A stretch of DNA of 63,989 nucleotides, the filler included, from Craspedostauros australis (Eukaryota): the NCBI GenBank assembly GCA_030167865.1. It is 7 parts of 7 records of this genome, joined end to end, with 100 filler letters (N's around TTAATTAATTAA, not from the genome) between each part and the next. Parts side by side here need not be neighbours in the genome. Positions count along the whole stretch, not along the records: positions 50,340 to 56,079 come from JALAGF010006423.1; positions 56,180 to 58,284 come from JALAGF010006425.1; positions 58,385 to 62,708 come from JALAGF010006426.1; 4 more parts are not named here. One strand, written 5' to 3'. Each line of letters begins with the position of its first letter. Positions within the stretch are counted from its first letter, which is position 1. Of this stretch, positions 50,240 through 62,808 are shown one piece after another. The notes under the pieces were generated by a model. The model searched no databases and had not been told where the DNA came from. It worked only from the letters and a program-made list of their open reading frames with translations. Made by a program: the position numbers and the translations under genes.

Positions 50240-50623
50240 NNNNNNNNNNNNNNNNNNNNNNNNNNNNNNNNNNNNNNNNNNNNTTAATTAATTAANNNNN
50301 NNNNNNNNNNNNNNNNNNNNNNNNNNNNNNNNNNNNNNNAAATAAACCAGGATGGCATCCCCCTCTCGCTCATCCACCAAAATTTACATGGCGGTTCCGC
50401 CTATGCGCTCAGATCTTGCACTGAACCGCTGCTTGTCGCAGTGACGATGATGCCGTTCGACGGCGCTTGAGGAGTTTTGTTGTGTTTCTCCATTGTCGTG
50501 TTGTTGTGTTGTGTTCGGTGTTCTCAAACAGTTTTTGCTGTTGAGGCCATGGAGAAAACCCACAATTCTACCGAATGTGCCCATCAATGAGAACACTTTG
50601 CGAGTCCCGAATTTCGCCTCCAC

Positions 50624-50810
50624 TCACACGATGTCTCTTCCTCTGTTGTGACTCGTTTCGCATGACGTGGAATCCTTCCCCTGTGACGTAGAAGACGGAT
50701 CAGCGAGAGTAAACACGAAATAGCTCTAAATATNCAATCGCCGTTTCTCCCAAAAGCAAGCAAACCAGTGGCAACAAGGGGCCAAAACTCTACAACTAGC
50801 GTTATCGTGA
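50624..50810 (-). repeat. Inverted copy of the 21955-22141 repeat (putative transposon end)
   Basis: Reverse-complement match to 21955-22141, ending ...GTTATCGTGA. Confidence 0.75.
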
Positions 50811-50892
50811 CCCAGTTTATGGTTTGGTGCAGGTCGTATTGTGGGAGTTGGAGATCATGGTGTTTGTGTGGTGTTCTGTGGGAAGTGCGTGA

Positions 50893-51547
50893 CTGGGGCT
50901 TCCGCTAAACTAACGGACATGGTGGCGCGGACGTGTTGTTAACGGACTGACGAACAATGATAGTCGTGAGTGCGATTGTATTAGTCTTGGTTGCCATGTC
51001 CTTCCGACATTGTCGTCGCCACTTGCGACTCGTATCTGTGCGATGTCAAAAAATGCCCTATTCAGGGCACCTATTCAAAACGTGCCTTAAATAGGGCATC
51101 TTTTCTCCCTCATCCACACGTCGGTGTTCGCAGCCAATTGGACGACAGAAAGAGCAACAGCAAATCTAGTGCAACAACGTGACGACAGAGGATTATCAAA
51201 GTCATGTCACGCCAAGATGACGATAAGTACTAATGTTCTGATTCGTCATTCAGAGACGTCCACATTGTTCCCCGTTGATGGTTTTGTGGAATGTGCCCAT
51301 CTTGGCTGGGCTATTGTGAAACAAAACGTGCCCTAAATAGGGCATCTTTTCAAAACGTGCCATAAATAGGGCATCTTTTTTTCGCTTTAGGCTAGAGACA
51401 GTTCAATCACGGATTGATAAAACCATAAAATCCAAGTACGACATTCAAAGCAGGACTAAGAATTTCGCATTCACGACTAACATTGTCCGTTAACCAAATA
51501 GTGATGCTGTTCGTTAGTCCGATAGTCCGTTTCACCGGAAGCCCCAG
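50893..51547. mobile_element. MITE-like element with GGG-starting TIRs (PIF/Harbinger-like) and internal palindromic repeats
   Basis: CTGGGGCTTCCG (50893-50904) / CGGAAGCCCCAG (51536-51547). About 100 bp of looser inverted similarity inside (AACGGAC, TAGTCGTGA.TGCGA, TTAGTC). Four TGCCCTAAATAGGGCA-like palindromes between 51054 and 51373. Confidence 0.6.
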
Positions 51548-52260
51548 GCAGTTGGACGCACACCCAGCGATCCAACACAGTTTGGCACACGCACGAACTA
51601 TCGAATGACTCAATGGACTCAAGAACATCGAGTTCGATCGCACACGTATTCCTTCTTCGTGTTTCTTTCGTGTTGTTTGTGTGTGTGTGTTTTGTGGTGG
51701 ATGTCGAGAAGGATCCGCACCAACCAGTTCTTCCACGACAAACCAGAGTGCGATCATGGAACAGAGAAACAGAACGTGCGAACAAGACAACAACAACCTT
51801 GCTATTCCTTGCAGCAGCTTGGTCTCATACCATCAGGGAGCAGGGAGCAGGGGAAATAGTCGTCGCTCAAAAAAAAAGGCTGTTTTTATGCACTTGTTCA
51901 CGAGCATTTCCCCGCATCAGACTGATACGACCAATGCTGTCTTCAAGTAGCCCCCGCTGGGGTAGTATCAATCGAGACACGGTGCTACACCCAACAACTC
52001 ACTTCTGCGCGGCGCACAGGTGTCGTGTCGTTGTNNNNNNNNNNNNNNNNNNNNNNNNNNNNNNNNNNNNNNNNNNNNNNNNNNNNNNNNNNNNNNNNNN
52101 NNNNNNNNNNNNNNNNNNNNNNNNNNNNNNNNNNNNNNNNNNNNNNNNNNNNNNNNNNNNNNNNNNNNNNNNNNNNNNNNNNNNNNNNNNNNNNNNNNNN
52201 NNNNNNNNNNNNNNNNNNNNNNNNNNNNNNNNNTCGCAAAACAACTCGACGCAATCCAAC

Positions 52261-52525
52261 ACCACATCGCACAACATGACAGAGCATCCCACAGCATCGC
52301 ACAGCATCCCACAATGCTGTGCCACATCACACAACCTCACACAACCTCACACACCATCGCACACCATCGCACACCGTCGCACACCATCGCACACCATCCC
52401 ACACCATCGCACACCGTCGCACACCATCCCACACCGTCGCACACCGTCGCACACCATCGCACACCGTCGCACACCATCCCACACCGTCGCACACCATCGC
52501 ACACCATCCCACACCGTCGCACACG
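52261..52525. repeat. 10-bp minisatellite ACACC(A/G)TC(G/C)C
   Basis: About 19 in-phase 10-mers from 52331 to 52520, with degenerate units on both sides. Confidence 0.95.
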
Positions 52526-53048
52526 AGGCAACGCAACTGCACACACCATCACTCAGCATCACTCAGCATCACAGCATCACACAACACCGCGCGCTGTTAC
52601 ACGTCGACACAGCACGTTTGCACTGTCGACGTATTGTTCATGAACGGAGTTGGCACCTGCCCCCTCTGTTTTCTGACCGACCAACTTCGGCACATGTGTG
52701 TGCCTGCCTTGCCTTGCTTGCATGGTGTTGTTATCACATCGCTTGCTTGTCCATCCAATCTCCTTTAGATTGAACTCGTTTGGACCTGGGGTTGCATGGT
52801 GCCTGTGTGGTTGGCTCTCTCCTCTTGCCAGTCTGTATGTTGCCTTCGTTTTAGCTTCGATGTGGGTGTGGATCTCATGCGGTTTCGCGTTCCATTCCGG
52901 ACATTGTTGATGCTGACAACAACTCCACGTTCATGCACATGAACACAATGCACGACTGCACAGTCATGTTGACCGCATCGCAGAGCGATGTACTAGATCA
53001 GAGAGTAGTTCGGTGTGTTAGTCAGTGTTCTACATCAGTTATCGCTAG

Positions 53049-54154
53049 TTAGGTAGTCCTACTGTCGTTTGGGTCGGCCTCCATTACGCGATCCAGGTGC
53101 TCGCCGAGTGCCTCGCGCAATCTCATCCGAGCCAGCTTTCGTTCCACCACCGGAAAGGGATCGAACAGTGGAGAACCACCCACAAGCTCAATTTGCGTAA
53201 TGGTGGCAACCGCATTAAAGGCAAGAATGTGTTTGTCGGTGTCATGTCGCCACGCATTTCTCATACATGCCCAGTGCTTCAGCCGTCGGTTAACAGTCTC
53301 ATGTCTTGCACGCAGAATCTTGTCAGTGACGTACTTGGGAGGCAAAACGCGTTCATCCCCAATGTATCCTTTGTCGGCGACAACAACTTCGCCGTCCATC
53401 AGCTTGTTTTTTAAACCGAAACGGAAGATGCTGAGATCGTTCCACATGCCACAAGGAAAGGGTCCATTGGTCCAGACGATCTCTCCACCAACAATCGAGA
53501 GGGCGACCTCATACCGGACACCTGGACCCTTGAACTTCTGTGAAAACCATCCCTCTGTGAACGGTTGCGGTTCTTCGATGCGAATGTCGACTCCGTCAAC
53601 AGTGACAAGCGCTTTGTCGTCTTCGGACACTCCACGAAAACGATTGGGCCAGTGAATCTGCAGTATTTATGCGTGACATGTTAGTGCTTTGTTGGAGAAG
53701 TGAATGGAACACGAAAGAACCAATGTTGATCAATTTGCGGACTTACCACGTCCTGCTTTACTCGGCTCACTAAGTCCAGCATGATCCAGACCCATTTGCG
53801 GAGTGTGGTGCGATTTGTGCCCAACCACACAGACAGAATGGCCTCTGTGGAGTACTGCTTCAGAAACGCCGCTGTCCAAAGAATGTGCTTCGCCTGCATG
53901 TCATGCCGACATAGCCCAGCTTGTCCGATTTCATTCCACAACGTGTGTAGAACCGTTCCTGTTGTGCCAAAAAAGGAAAGAAAAATTCGTTGATTATCTG
54001 CTGTGTTACCGAGTCGCTTGATCTCTTCCATGCTGAGGGAAACGTCAATGATGGACCAACCCAGCCAGTCGAAGGTCCCGGGGGTGAGCGCGTACAGGGG
54101 TAATCCGTCCGACATGTTTCGGCAGGCGCTTTTTCGGTTTTGTGACAGTTGCAT
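53049..54154 (-). mobile_element. DDE_Tnp_4-type (PIF/Harbinger/ISL2EU-like) transposase gene, 2 exons, apparently intact
   Basis: Exon 1 from 54154 (or 54115) to 53747 (HILWTAAFLKQYSTE...RTTLRKWVW). GT..AG intron 53746-53658. Exon 2 53657-53049 (IHWPNRF...VTVDGVD, WFSQKF, GPFPCG..NDL, VVADKGY, RARHETVNRRLK) carries the D-D-E residues. Confidence 0.88.
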
Positions 54155-56179
54155 AATCCCAACCCAACTCGAGCCTGGTTTGAGATGATTTACTTTTTAT
54201 CTTGTGTCGGTGTCAGCGTCGACAAGCCACTGCGCGCTGTCGTGCTGACACCAATACCAGACAGCCGCCACCTCCGCGGTGGGTGCCGTTTGTTCCTACA
54301 AACGTGAATCATTTGCTGTTCTTCGTGTCAACACATGAAGCGTGTGCACCCGTCGCCATCTTGCGCTGCATGACGAACACAACGACCTCCACATCGCAAT
54401 CAAACGTGAAACAATAATGAGAGGGAGCCATCATGTAGTGCCTATTCACACTATCATTTTATCATGAAGCCACAACATTGGACATGGTGGATGCTCCTTA
54501 CACAGCTTCCTGTCTCTCGCAGGCGTACAACATATTGGATTCAGAGCACATACATGTAGTAGTGCACTTGTGATTGTAATTTGCTGATAGAGCTAGTTGT
54601 TCCCGCAATGTGCCTTGTCTTTGCGGGATCGAAAGCAAAACTGCGTTGTTACGAACAGTGCCACAAATGCAAGACTCCATCGCTGCTTCACACTACCAAT
54701 TGTCTTATCCTTTGGAATCCTCTGCTTTGACATGGCGAGCCAGGGAAACGTCATTCATGACGGAGACAGGCCAATTTGCTTTCGTCACCAGCATTTGTGG
54801 TGTGGCATGATGGCTCTCCGCGCGACAGGGTTGATGTCACAAAACAGACCATCGGCAGCGGCACTTAATCACCATGTTTGTTCTGTACGACATGGATTGC
54901 CCAGCTCTGTGATGACACGTATACACAACATGTCCCTCCTTGGCGACGAAAGATGTACAGTCTCGGTCGTTTCTCCCCAATCTCACTCGTGTTTCCCTGC
55001 CATGGCGTCACATTGCGTTCGCTCATGCAACTACGATGCCAATGATGGCACTTGACACTGGACGCAGCTGTCATTCCGTGGTACTTCGTGTTGTTGTTCC
55101 TATCCAGCAAAGATATCACTTGAAGTTGCACGGCGGACAATATGCTGTTACTTTTGGGTGATACGCGGAAAAAGCTCTACCTTGTCGACGGAGTTCCCTG
55201 CATGGTGAGGGACTGCACCGATGTTGGTGTCATCGCAGCGAGGGGCGGGGAAACTCACGTCACGATTGACACCGACGCTCTCTGACATCTGCAATGTTCC
55301 ATGATGTCAAACAACTACGTCCACGGGCGTGCCACTCCATCCTCACGGATCTCATTGACATGATCTGACGCGGGTCATGCGGTAGGGCACAGCACCTTGC
55401 GTAGCATTGCCAAATTTGTGATGACGCGTGCTGTATCCAAGCATTCCAAGATGGATTATTCGCGGGGAACAGAAAGGTGCAGTAGTACTGATGCATGCAC
55501 ATTAAACACCTGCTGTGGTCGTGTCTTGCATGCACCTGTACATCCCAACGACGACGCGTTATTGCATTCCATGCCATTGGCGGAACAAGGTCATTTCTCC
55601 TTCCAGTGCTATCGCAAACGCACCAACCACCCCGCGATTCAGGATGACGATGCACAAAGTTCTCCATCGAGGGTGCTGTCTGTCTCTGGCTCACACTTGA
55701 TGCCGGACGCGTGTTGGTGGGTGCGGGGGACACGCACTCTCGCCTTCCACGATTGCCTTCGCGACGCACCATTCTCCACGATGACGTCGTCTTGCATTAT
55801 TCCACCTGCGCAGAGGCACGTCGTGCACAACATCAAAAACGTCGAACGCATCCCCCCATGCGCAAATGCATGCGCGTGCGGATGCTTGCACTGCAGATGA
55901 ACCATGCATGGGCTGCAAACGCACGAAGAGTGCACTGTATTCGCGTAGCAACATGTACTGTGAAACCATGTGCACTTTCCATACACTGTCCGTGTACACA
56001 GATCGACGTCGCATGCGCATGCACTGCACTTCACGCACTTTTCGTGCACATGCACTGCACTGCACTGTACCGCACTTTTNNNNNNNNNNNNNNNNNNNNN
56101 NNNNNNNNNNNNNNNNNNNNNNNTTAATTAATTAANNNNNNNNNNNNNNNNNNNNNNNNNNNNNNNNNNNNNNNNNNNN

Positions 56180-58284
56180 GTAGGTCACGTCATGGATGAC
56201 GGGTGAGTAATGCTCTTGGAAGTCCACTCCTGCGATTTGTGAATAGCCACATGCAACGAGCCGTGCTCGATGTGTGCCGTCACGTTTCAGCTTGAAGACC
56301 CATTTGCACTTGCAGCACCTGCGGCCGCGTGGGATGGCGTCTCGTTTGATCTTGCTGTATACCTTGCGTGTGTCCATGGAGTCGAACTCCTTCTTGATGG
56401 CTGCTCGATATCCNTTCTGATGNATGGGATCTGGGTGATTGAAGGCTCCATCGAATGTTGTTGGTTCGATGTGCTTCTCTTGTTCNTTGTTCTCGTCCTG
56501 CATCGATAGTCCGATATCGATCGCTGGTGCATCGGTGATGATTGCGTTCATCCCGTATAGTCCTGTTGTGCTATGGTGAGTTATTTCGATGTCTCCTTCA
56601 TCCACGATTTCTTCGTCATCTGTAGTTTCGTTGTTGGAGTCGTTAGTCACCTCGTCATTGAGTTCGTCACTCGTGTCATTGGATGATGGATCGCTCTCAT
56701 AGCCTTCTTCCTTTCGACCTCGTTCGTTGAAGTCTGCGAGCTCACGCAGAGCTCTGGGANNNNNNNNNNNNNNNNNNNNNNNNNNNNNNNNNNNNNNNNN
56801 NNNNNNNNNNNNNNNNNNNNNNNNNNNNNNNNNNNNNNNNNNNNNNNNTTCTAGCTATGTCACGCTTGCTTGGCTTGCTCGGTGGAGGTCCGGATGGTGT
56901 GCCATGTGTGGACCTTGCTGGTGTGTTCGGAGGAGTGACACCTGTGTCGTCGTCGGCTTCGTCGCCGGATGGTGTGATCTCGTCATCCTCATGATTGGAT
57001 TCGCTCCAATCTTCCTCGTTGTTATGGATTAGTTGGGTCACTGCTCCATCGTCCTCATCATCCTCANNNNNNNNNNNNNNNNNNNNNNNNNNNNNNNNNN
57101 NNNNNNNNNNNNNNNNTATGTCACGCTTGCTTGGCTTGCTCGGTGGAGGTCCGGATGGTGTGCCATGTGTGGACCTTGCTGGTGTGTTCGGAGGAGTGAT
57201 ACCTGTGTCGTCATCGGCTTCATCGCCGGATGGTGTGATCTCATCATCCTCATGATTGAATTCGCTCCAATCTTCCTCGTTGTTATGGATTAGTTGGGTC
57301 ACTGCTCCATCGTCCTCATCATCCTCATCATCACTGTCTGATAGGATATGGTATCTGTTGTTATTAGCGAAAGATACTCTCTTTGCTTTCGATGTTTGAC
57401 GCGTTGCCGTTCTTGGCGTTGCTCCCTTCCGTCCGATGGTTGTGAAGCCGTCTGCGTCCGTTGTCTCTGTTTCGTTGGATATGTTCGGTGCTGGTGCCCA
57501 GCCACGGAACTGTCCGTATGATTGGTTGAGCCACTTAATGTCACGTGAACAAATGAGTGACTTGGTTGATGGTCTGTACATGTTATAGACCCCTGATGCG
57601 TGTTGGTGTGCATATCCGATGAACACCATCTCTTCTCCTNNNNNNNNNNNNNNNNNNNNNNNNNNNNNNNNNNNNNNNNNNNNNNNNNNTGATGGTCTGT
57701 ACATGTTATAGACCCCTGATGCGTGTTGGTGTGCATATCCGATGAACACCATCTCTTCTCCTCTATTCTTGAGCTTGGCGGTAATCCCGCCGTAGGTAGT
57801 CTTCACAACACCCACCTCTCCGAAAGTGCGGAGTGCATCCGCGTATGGTGGATCGTTGCCGAAGAATTGTCGNNNNNNNNNNNNNNNNNNNNNNNNNNNN
57901 NNNNNNNNNNNNNNNNNNNNNNNNNNNNNNNNNNNNNNNNNNNNNNNNNNNNNNNNNNNNNNNNNNNNNNNNNNNNNNNNNNNNNNNNNNNNNNNNNNNN
58001 NNNNNNNNNNNNNNNNNNNNNNNNNNNNNNNNNNNNNNCCGTTCTGTTGCGGCGTGTTCGATGCCGTGAATTCGAATTTCACGTTCAGTCCTGCATCGAT
58101 GAGAATGTCCTGCGTGGATTTGTTCTCTCCGCTGTTGTCACCTCGGAGGATGATCTGTTGGTCACCTGTGTGTGACTTGATCGTTTGGATGAATCGTTTA
58201 ATGTACCCTGGTTGATCACTCTTGTTCTTGAGGAAGAAACTCCAGCAGTGATCCGTGCAGTCGTCCACGATCAGGGTCCAGTAG
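56180..58284 (-). mobile_element. Ty1/Copia pol fragment (integrase, linker, start of RT), gapped
   Basis: VDDCTDHCWSFFLK, LRGDNSGEN, TASNTPQQNG, LRTFG..KLKNRG..FIGY (GKGY-like region), EPTTFDGA, CKWVFKLK...RARLVACGYSQ. Segments are duplicated around gaps. Confidence 0.9.
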
Positions 58285-58383
58285 NNNNNNNNNNNNNNNN
58301 NNNNNNNNNNNNNNNNNNNNNNNNNNNNTTAATTAATTAANNNNNNNNNNNNNNNNNNNNNNNNNNNNNNNNNNNNNNNNNNN

Positions 58384-61293
58384 NGGGCCGCGACTGCACC
58401 ACTCACATTTTGGTGTCACGCAGTGCAGCACGCTATCGACGTATGGAACTACACGGCCAAAGAAAGCATTCAGTGGCGCACTCCAATCGAGATGTTGCGA
58501 GGCAACACACCGGACATCTCCATGTTCCGATTCACGTTCTTTCAGCCAGTCTGGTATTTCGAGCCGATGACGAAGTTTCCGCACCACCCATTCAAGCCGG
58601 GGCATTTCTTGGGGATTGCATGGGACCATGGGGACCCTTTCACCTATCACATTTGGTCGCCGAAAGGCGAAGACGTAACCAAGGGCACGTCCCTGGTGCG
58701 CAACATCGTGAAACCACGAATCGCGGAAGACGCAAGTGCACCGCAAATTACCGACGAGGAAGTGCAACGAATTGCACGCCTCGATCTGATACACTATCAA
58801 ACCAATGGCGAATCGGGGCAGCGGGCACGAACCAAGACTATGCCGGCGCAACTTGCTCGACAGGTCCGCGAGGCCATCGACGCAATTGCCGTGCGGTCAG
58901 GGGCGGCAGCTCGAATCCCTGAAGCAGGGCCACCGGAGGTCAGGGGCGTCGCGGTAAATGAAAACAGCACTCCCAATGAAGACCGATGGTTCGGTCAGCC
59001 GAATGTCATCGCAGACGACGATGACGACCGCGACAGCGGGCCCACGGGCGAAATATCCGATGACGACGGGGACGATGATCGCCCCACTGGCAACATCTCG
59101 AACGAATCCGATGATGACGAACCGGTGAGGATCCCAGATCCACCCTCGCAACGGATTCAGGGGCGTATCGGCACTCTGGCTGAGCGCGAGCATGACGAAA
59201 TGTTCCAGAATCAGATCACCAAGGACGAAACGAACGATCCAGCCATCACATCTGTCGCAGGCCATTCATTCAGAGACGGACATCTCCACCTCAACGTGAA
59301 ATGGGACAACGACGAGACGCAATGGTTCAGATACGACATCCTGAGGGCAGACCATCCCGAGATCGTAGCGAGATACATCATCGCAAACGAACCGAAACGG
59401 CATGACAGACACAATCGGCAGTCGACAACAATGCTGAAATGGGCAAAGCACGCCGTGCGCGCGATCCGACGACGCATGAAACGCATCGAGCGCACGCACC
59501 AATTCACAATTGACGACGACGATAACATCTCCATTCTGAGGCGCATACGGCCAGGGAAGAAGAAACCAAAGAAGGACTTCTTCGCCACCGTGTTTCAGTA
59601 CGGAGTGGAAGTGCCGCGCAACATGAAGCACGCACTCCAACTCGACAACGCGAATGGAAATACACTTTGGCGCGACGCAGCCAAGAAGGAGATCGACGCT
59701 CTCATCGAGCTCGACTGCTTCGAGTTCCATCCATCCACTCATCAACCTTCCTCCGACTACCAGAGCACCAAGCTACGGCTAATCTTCGCAGTCAAACAAG
59801 ACCTGCGGCGCAAGGGGCGTCTGGTCGCCGGGGGCCATCTCATCGAACTCGCTGACAACATCAGGGTATACTCGTCCACAGTGAAGTCCACCAGTGTTCG
59901 GATACTCGACGTCATTGCAGACGCCAACAAGCTGAAGCAATTATGCAGCGATGTGGGCAATGCTTTCGTCAACGCATACACCAACGAGAAGATCTACGCG
60001 AGAGCCGGAAAGGAATTCGACCACCGTGAGGGCCAGACAATCGTACTCAAGAAGGCGCTGTATGGACTCAGATCGAGTGCGCAACGATTCCACGCTCACT
60101 TCGCGAACACACTCTCGTCCATGGGGTTCTCCCCATCACGACACGACCAAGATGTATGGATCAAGCTCAGAGACGACACTGGCTACGATTACATCTGCAC
60201 GCATGTCGACGACTTCAAGATCGTGGCCAAGGATCCAGATCAATACATGAAGTCCATCCAACAAGTCTACACGATCAAAGACATTGGACCACCCAAATAC
60301 TACCTGGGCAACGACTACTCCAGGAACGACAAAGGCAAATGGAGCGTCGGATGCGACAAGTACATCGCCAACGCGCTGGACAAAGTCGAGCGACAACATG
60401 GCAAGCTGCACGAACAGCAAGTGCCGATGCGCAACAAGGATCATCCGGAGACGGACGATACCGAACTACTAACACCTGATGAGCACCAGCAGTTCCAGCA
60501 GCTTATTGGCATGCTGAACTGGGTCGTTCAACTTGGACGTTTCGACGTCGCCTTTGCAACCTCTTCACTTTCTCGATTCACTGCAACACCTCGAAAAGGA
60601 CACCTTGTGCGAGCGCTCAAGATCTGGGGCTACCTCAAAGGGAAGTCCACACTCCGAACACAAGTCGACTCCAGACCCATGATACTTGACAACTTCAACT
60701 CAACGCCTTCCAACCCAGAGCTGGTGGCACAAATGAAAGAAGAGTATCCTGAGGCGGCGGAGGAAATCGACGACCGGTCGCCCACGCCGATTTACCCGGA
60801 ACTGCCTATGTATGCATTCGTCGATGCAGACCATGCACACGATCTCGTCACACGGCGATCCAACACTGGGATCATACTATTCCTTGGCAGGACTCCTGTG
60901 TACTTCACAAGCAAGAGGCAAACATCGGTTACCACGTCAACGTACGGCGCGGAATTCAACGCTATGCGGTCAGTGACGGAGGAAATCATTGCACTACGAT
61001 ACGCGCTCCGTTCGCTGGGAGTACGCGTCAAATCACCCGCGGTCACATTCTGTGACAACAATTCTGTAATCTCGAACACGACCATCGCAGACAGCCTACT
61101 GCAAAAGAAGCATGTGGCCATCTCGTTCCATCGGGTCCGTGAGGCCGTCGGCGCCGGGATACTGGTCCCAGTACACGTCCCGTCGGTCCACAACTTCGCT
61201 GATATGCTCACCAAGGCATTGGCGAGGCCACAACTAACACTTCTTGTCACCGCTCTCTTCTATCCGGGTCTACCTCGAGATCAAGGGGCGTGA
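58384..61293 (+). mobile_element. Ty1/Copia (CoDi-like) pol 3' part: integrase C-term, chromo-like domain, RT, RNase H; open frame
   Basis: 956-aa open ORF: TPDISMFRFTFFQPVWY, YGVEVPRN, RRKGRLVAGGH, DVGNAF, KALYGLRSS, HVDD, RNase H FVDADHA...STYGAEF...FCDN...NFADMLTK. Confidence 0.95.
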
Positions 61294-61439
61294 CAACTTT
61301 CTCTGTACCTTCTTACCTCTNTACTAATCATATTAGTCACAAATACTGGTCGGGGGTTTGTCTTCGGACAACTCACAAATAAAGAACAAGAGCTCCGACC
61401 AGGGCACGCAACAACGGGCCAATACGTCTACAGTAGTCA
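61291..61439 (+). mobile_element. Probable short 3' LTR (~149 bp) after a short polypurine tract
   Basis: AAGGGGCG directly precedes TGACAAC, where the pol stop TGA is the first LTR bases. Ends GTAGTCA at 61439, a near-inverted repeat of the start. AATAAA inside. Confidence 0.55.
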
Positions 61440-62808
61440 CTTGTGCACTTTGACAAATGCGATCACAAAGGTAGTAACAGAACAAGCACACCACAACGAC
61501 AGAGGCGACGACGACAATGTCGGATCATGTATGCATGCGAACCAAGTTGTTTCTGATATGTGATAAGTGTCCATGGTTGCTGTTGCGTTGTTCACAAGCG
61601 GNNNNNNNNNNNNNNNNNNNNNNNNNNNNNNNNNNNNNNNNNNNNNNNNNNNNNNNNNNNNNNNNNNNNNNNNNNNNNNNNNNNNNNNNNNNNNNNNNNN
61701 NNNNNNNNNNNNNNNNNNNNNNNNNNNNNNNNNNNNNNNNNCACGACGCAGACAATCAGGCATGGAACGCAGGGACGATGACAGAATTCGCTATCGCACA
61801 CAAATTGCTTGCAGCTATTGTATTCTTATAGTACTGCACTATTGTACGGTGATAATCGCCTCTGCTCTACTGTACTTCACTCTACTATTTTGGCTCCATT
61901 CTCAAGCTGGCAGCTCGTGACGATCCTCAGCCTATCCCTCTCACTGATTGTATTCCGTGTGGAAGGCAAGGATTGCAACACTCGAGCAAAACTGTCACAT
62001 TCAACACGCCCACCCCACAGATCAACAGATGCAAGAGAGGTCCAGGGGACCACCCGATGTGATCGCGGCGGCCAAAAAACTGTTGCGGCTAGCAGTTGTC
62101 CGCCCCTGACTTTACCTCCCGTGCAAAAGTAGACACGAAAAATGCAACTGATTTGCGCCAGCGCTGGTCGTTCGAGTCTCGGCGGAATGGTTTGGCAGTG
62201 GAGCCCATTCTCGTGTTGTTTGTCTCTGCTCGATCCCTCAAAATGACAAATTCAACGTCTGTCCCACCACCAGGCTCGGAATCTCGAAAACGTGCTCAGA
62301 CGCCAGATCATGCAAACGGAACCAAGGAATTGGAAAAAATGTGGCCATTTGATTCCTTCTTCCTGCCAAAATTGTGTTGCGATTTGCACAATGATGGCTG
62401 CCACAACAGGAAAGGTCAAAATCAACCGACAACGACACGAAACACAACACAAGAAACAACAAAGGAAACGACGCTGCCGCCACCAGTCTCTTTCCGCGTC
62501 GTGCCATCAGCTCAGCAGATGAACATGACATCCCATGTTGAAGGGGAGCAACGCAGGTTGCGCAGGACTTTGTATTGACAAACTAAGCATCGCATTAAAT
62601 AGTATTCTATAATACAATGCTTTGCACACCACAGAATAAGTCATTGTGCTCCATTACATTATATTCTATAATACTGTGTTGTGTGGTATTCGCAAGTGTT
62701 GCTGTTGCNNNNNNNNNNNNNNNNNNNNNNNNNNNNNNNNNNNNNNNNNNNNTTAATTAATTAANNNNNNNNNNNNNNNNNNNNNNNNNNNNNNNNNNNN
62801 NNNNNNNN

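Noticed and set aside
21955..50810. One giant ~29-kb TIR element capturing the HSF and FAAL synthetase genes
   Set aside because: The flanks show no target duplication (GATGCAC vs CCCAGTT), and the span crosses three artificial linkers, so contiguity is unsupported.
52261..52525. CRISPR-like array or His/Thr-rich repeat protein
   Set aside because: Contiguous 10-mers without unique spacers and no cas genes. The ORFs are by-products of a stop-free repeat.
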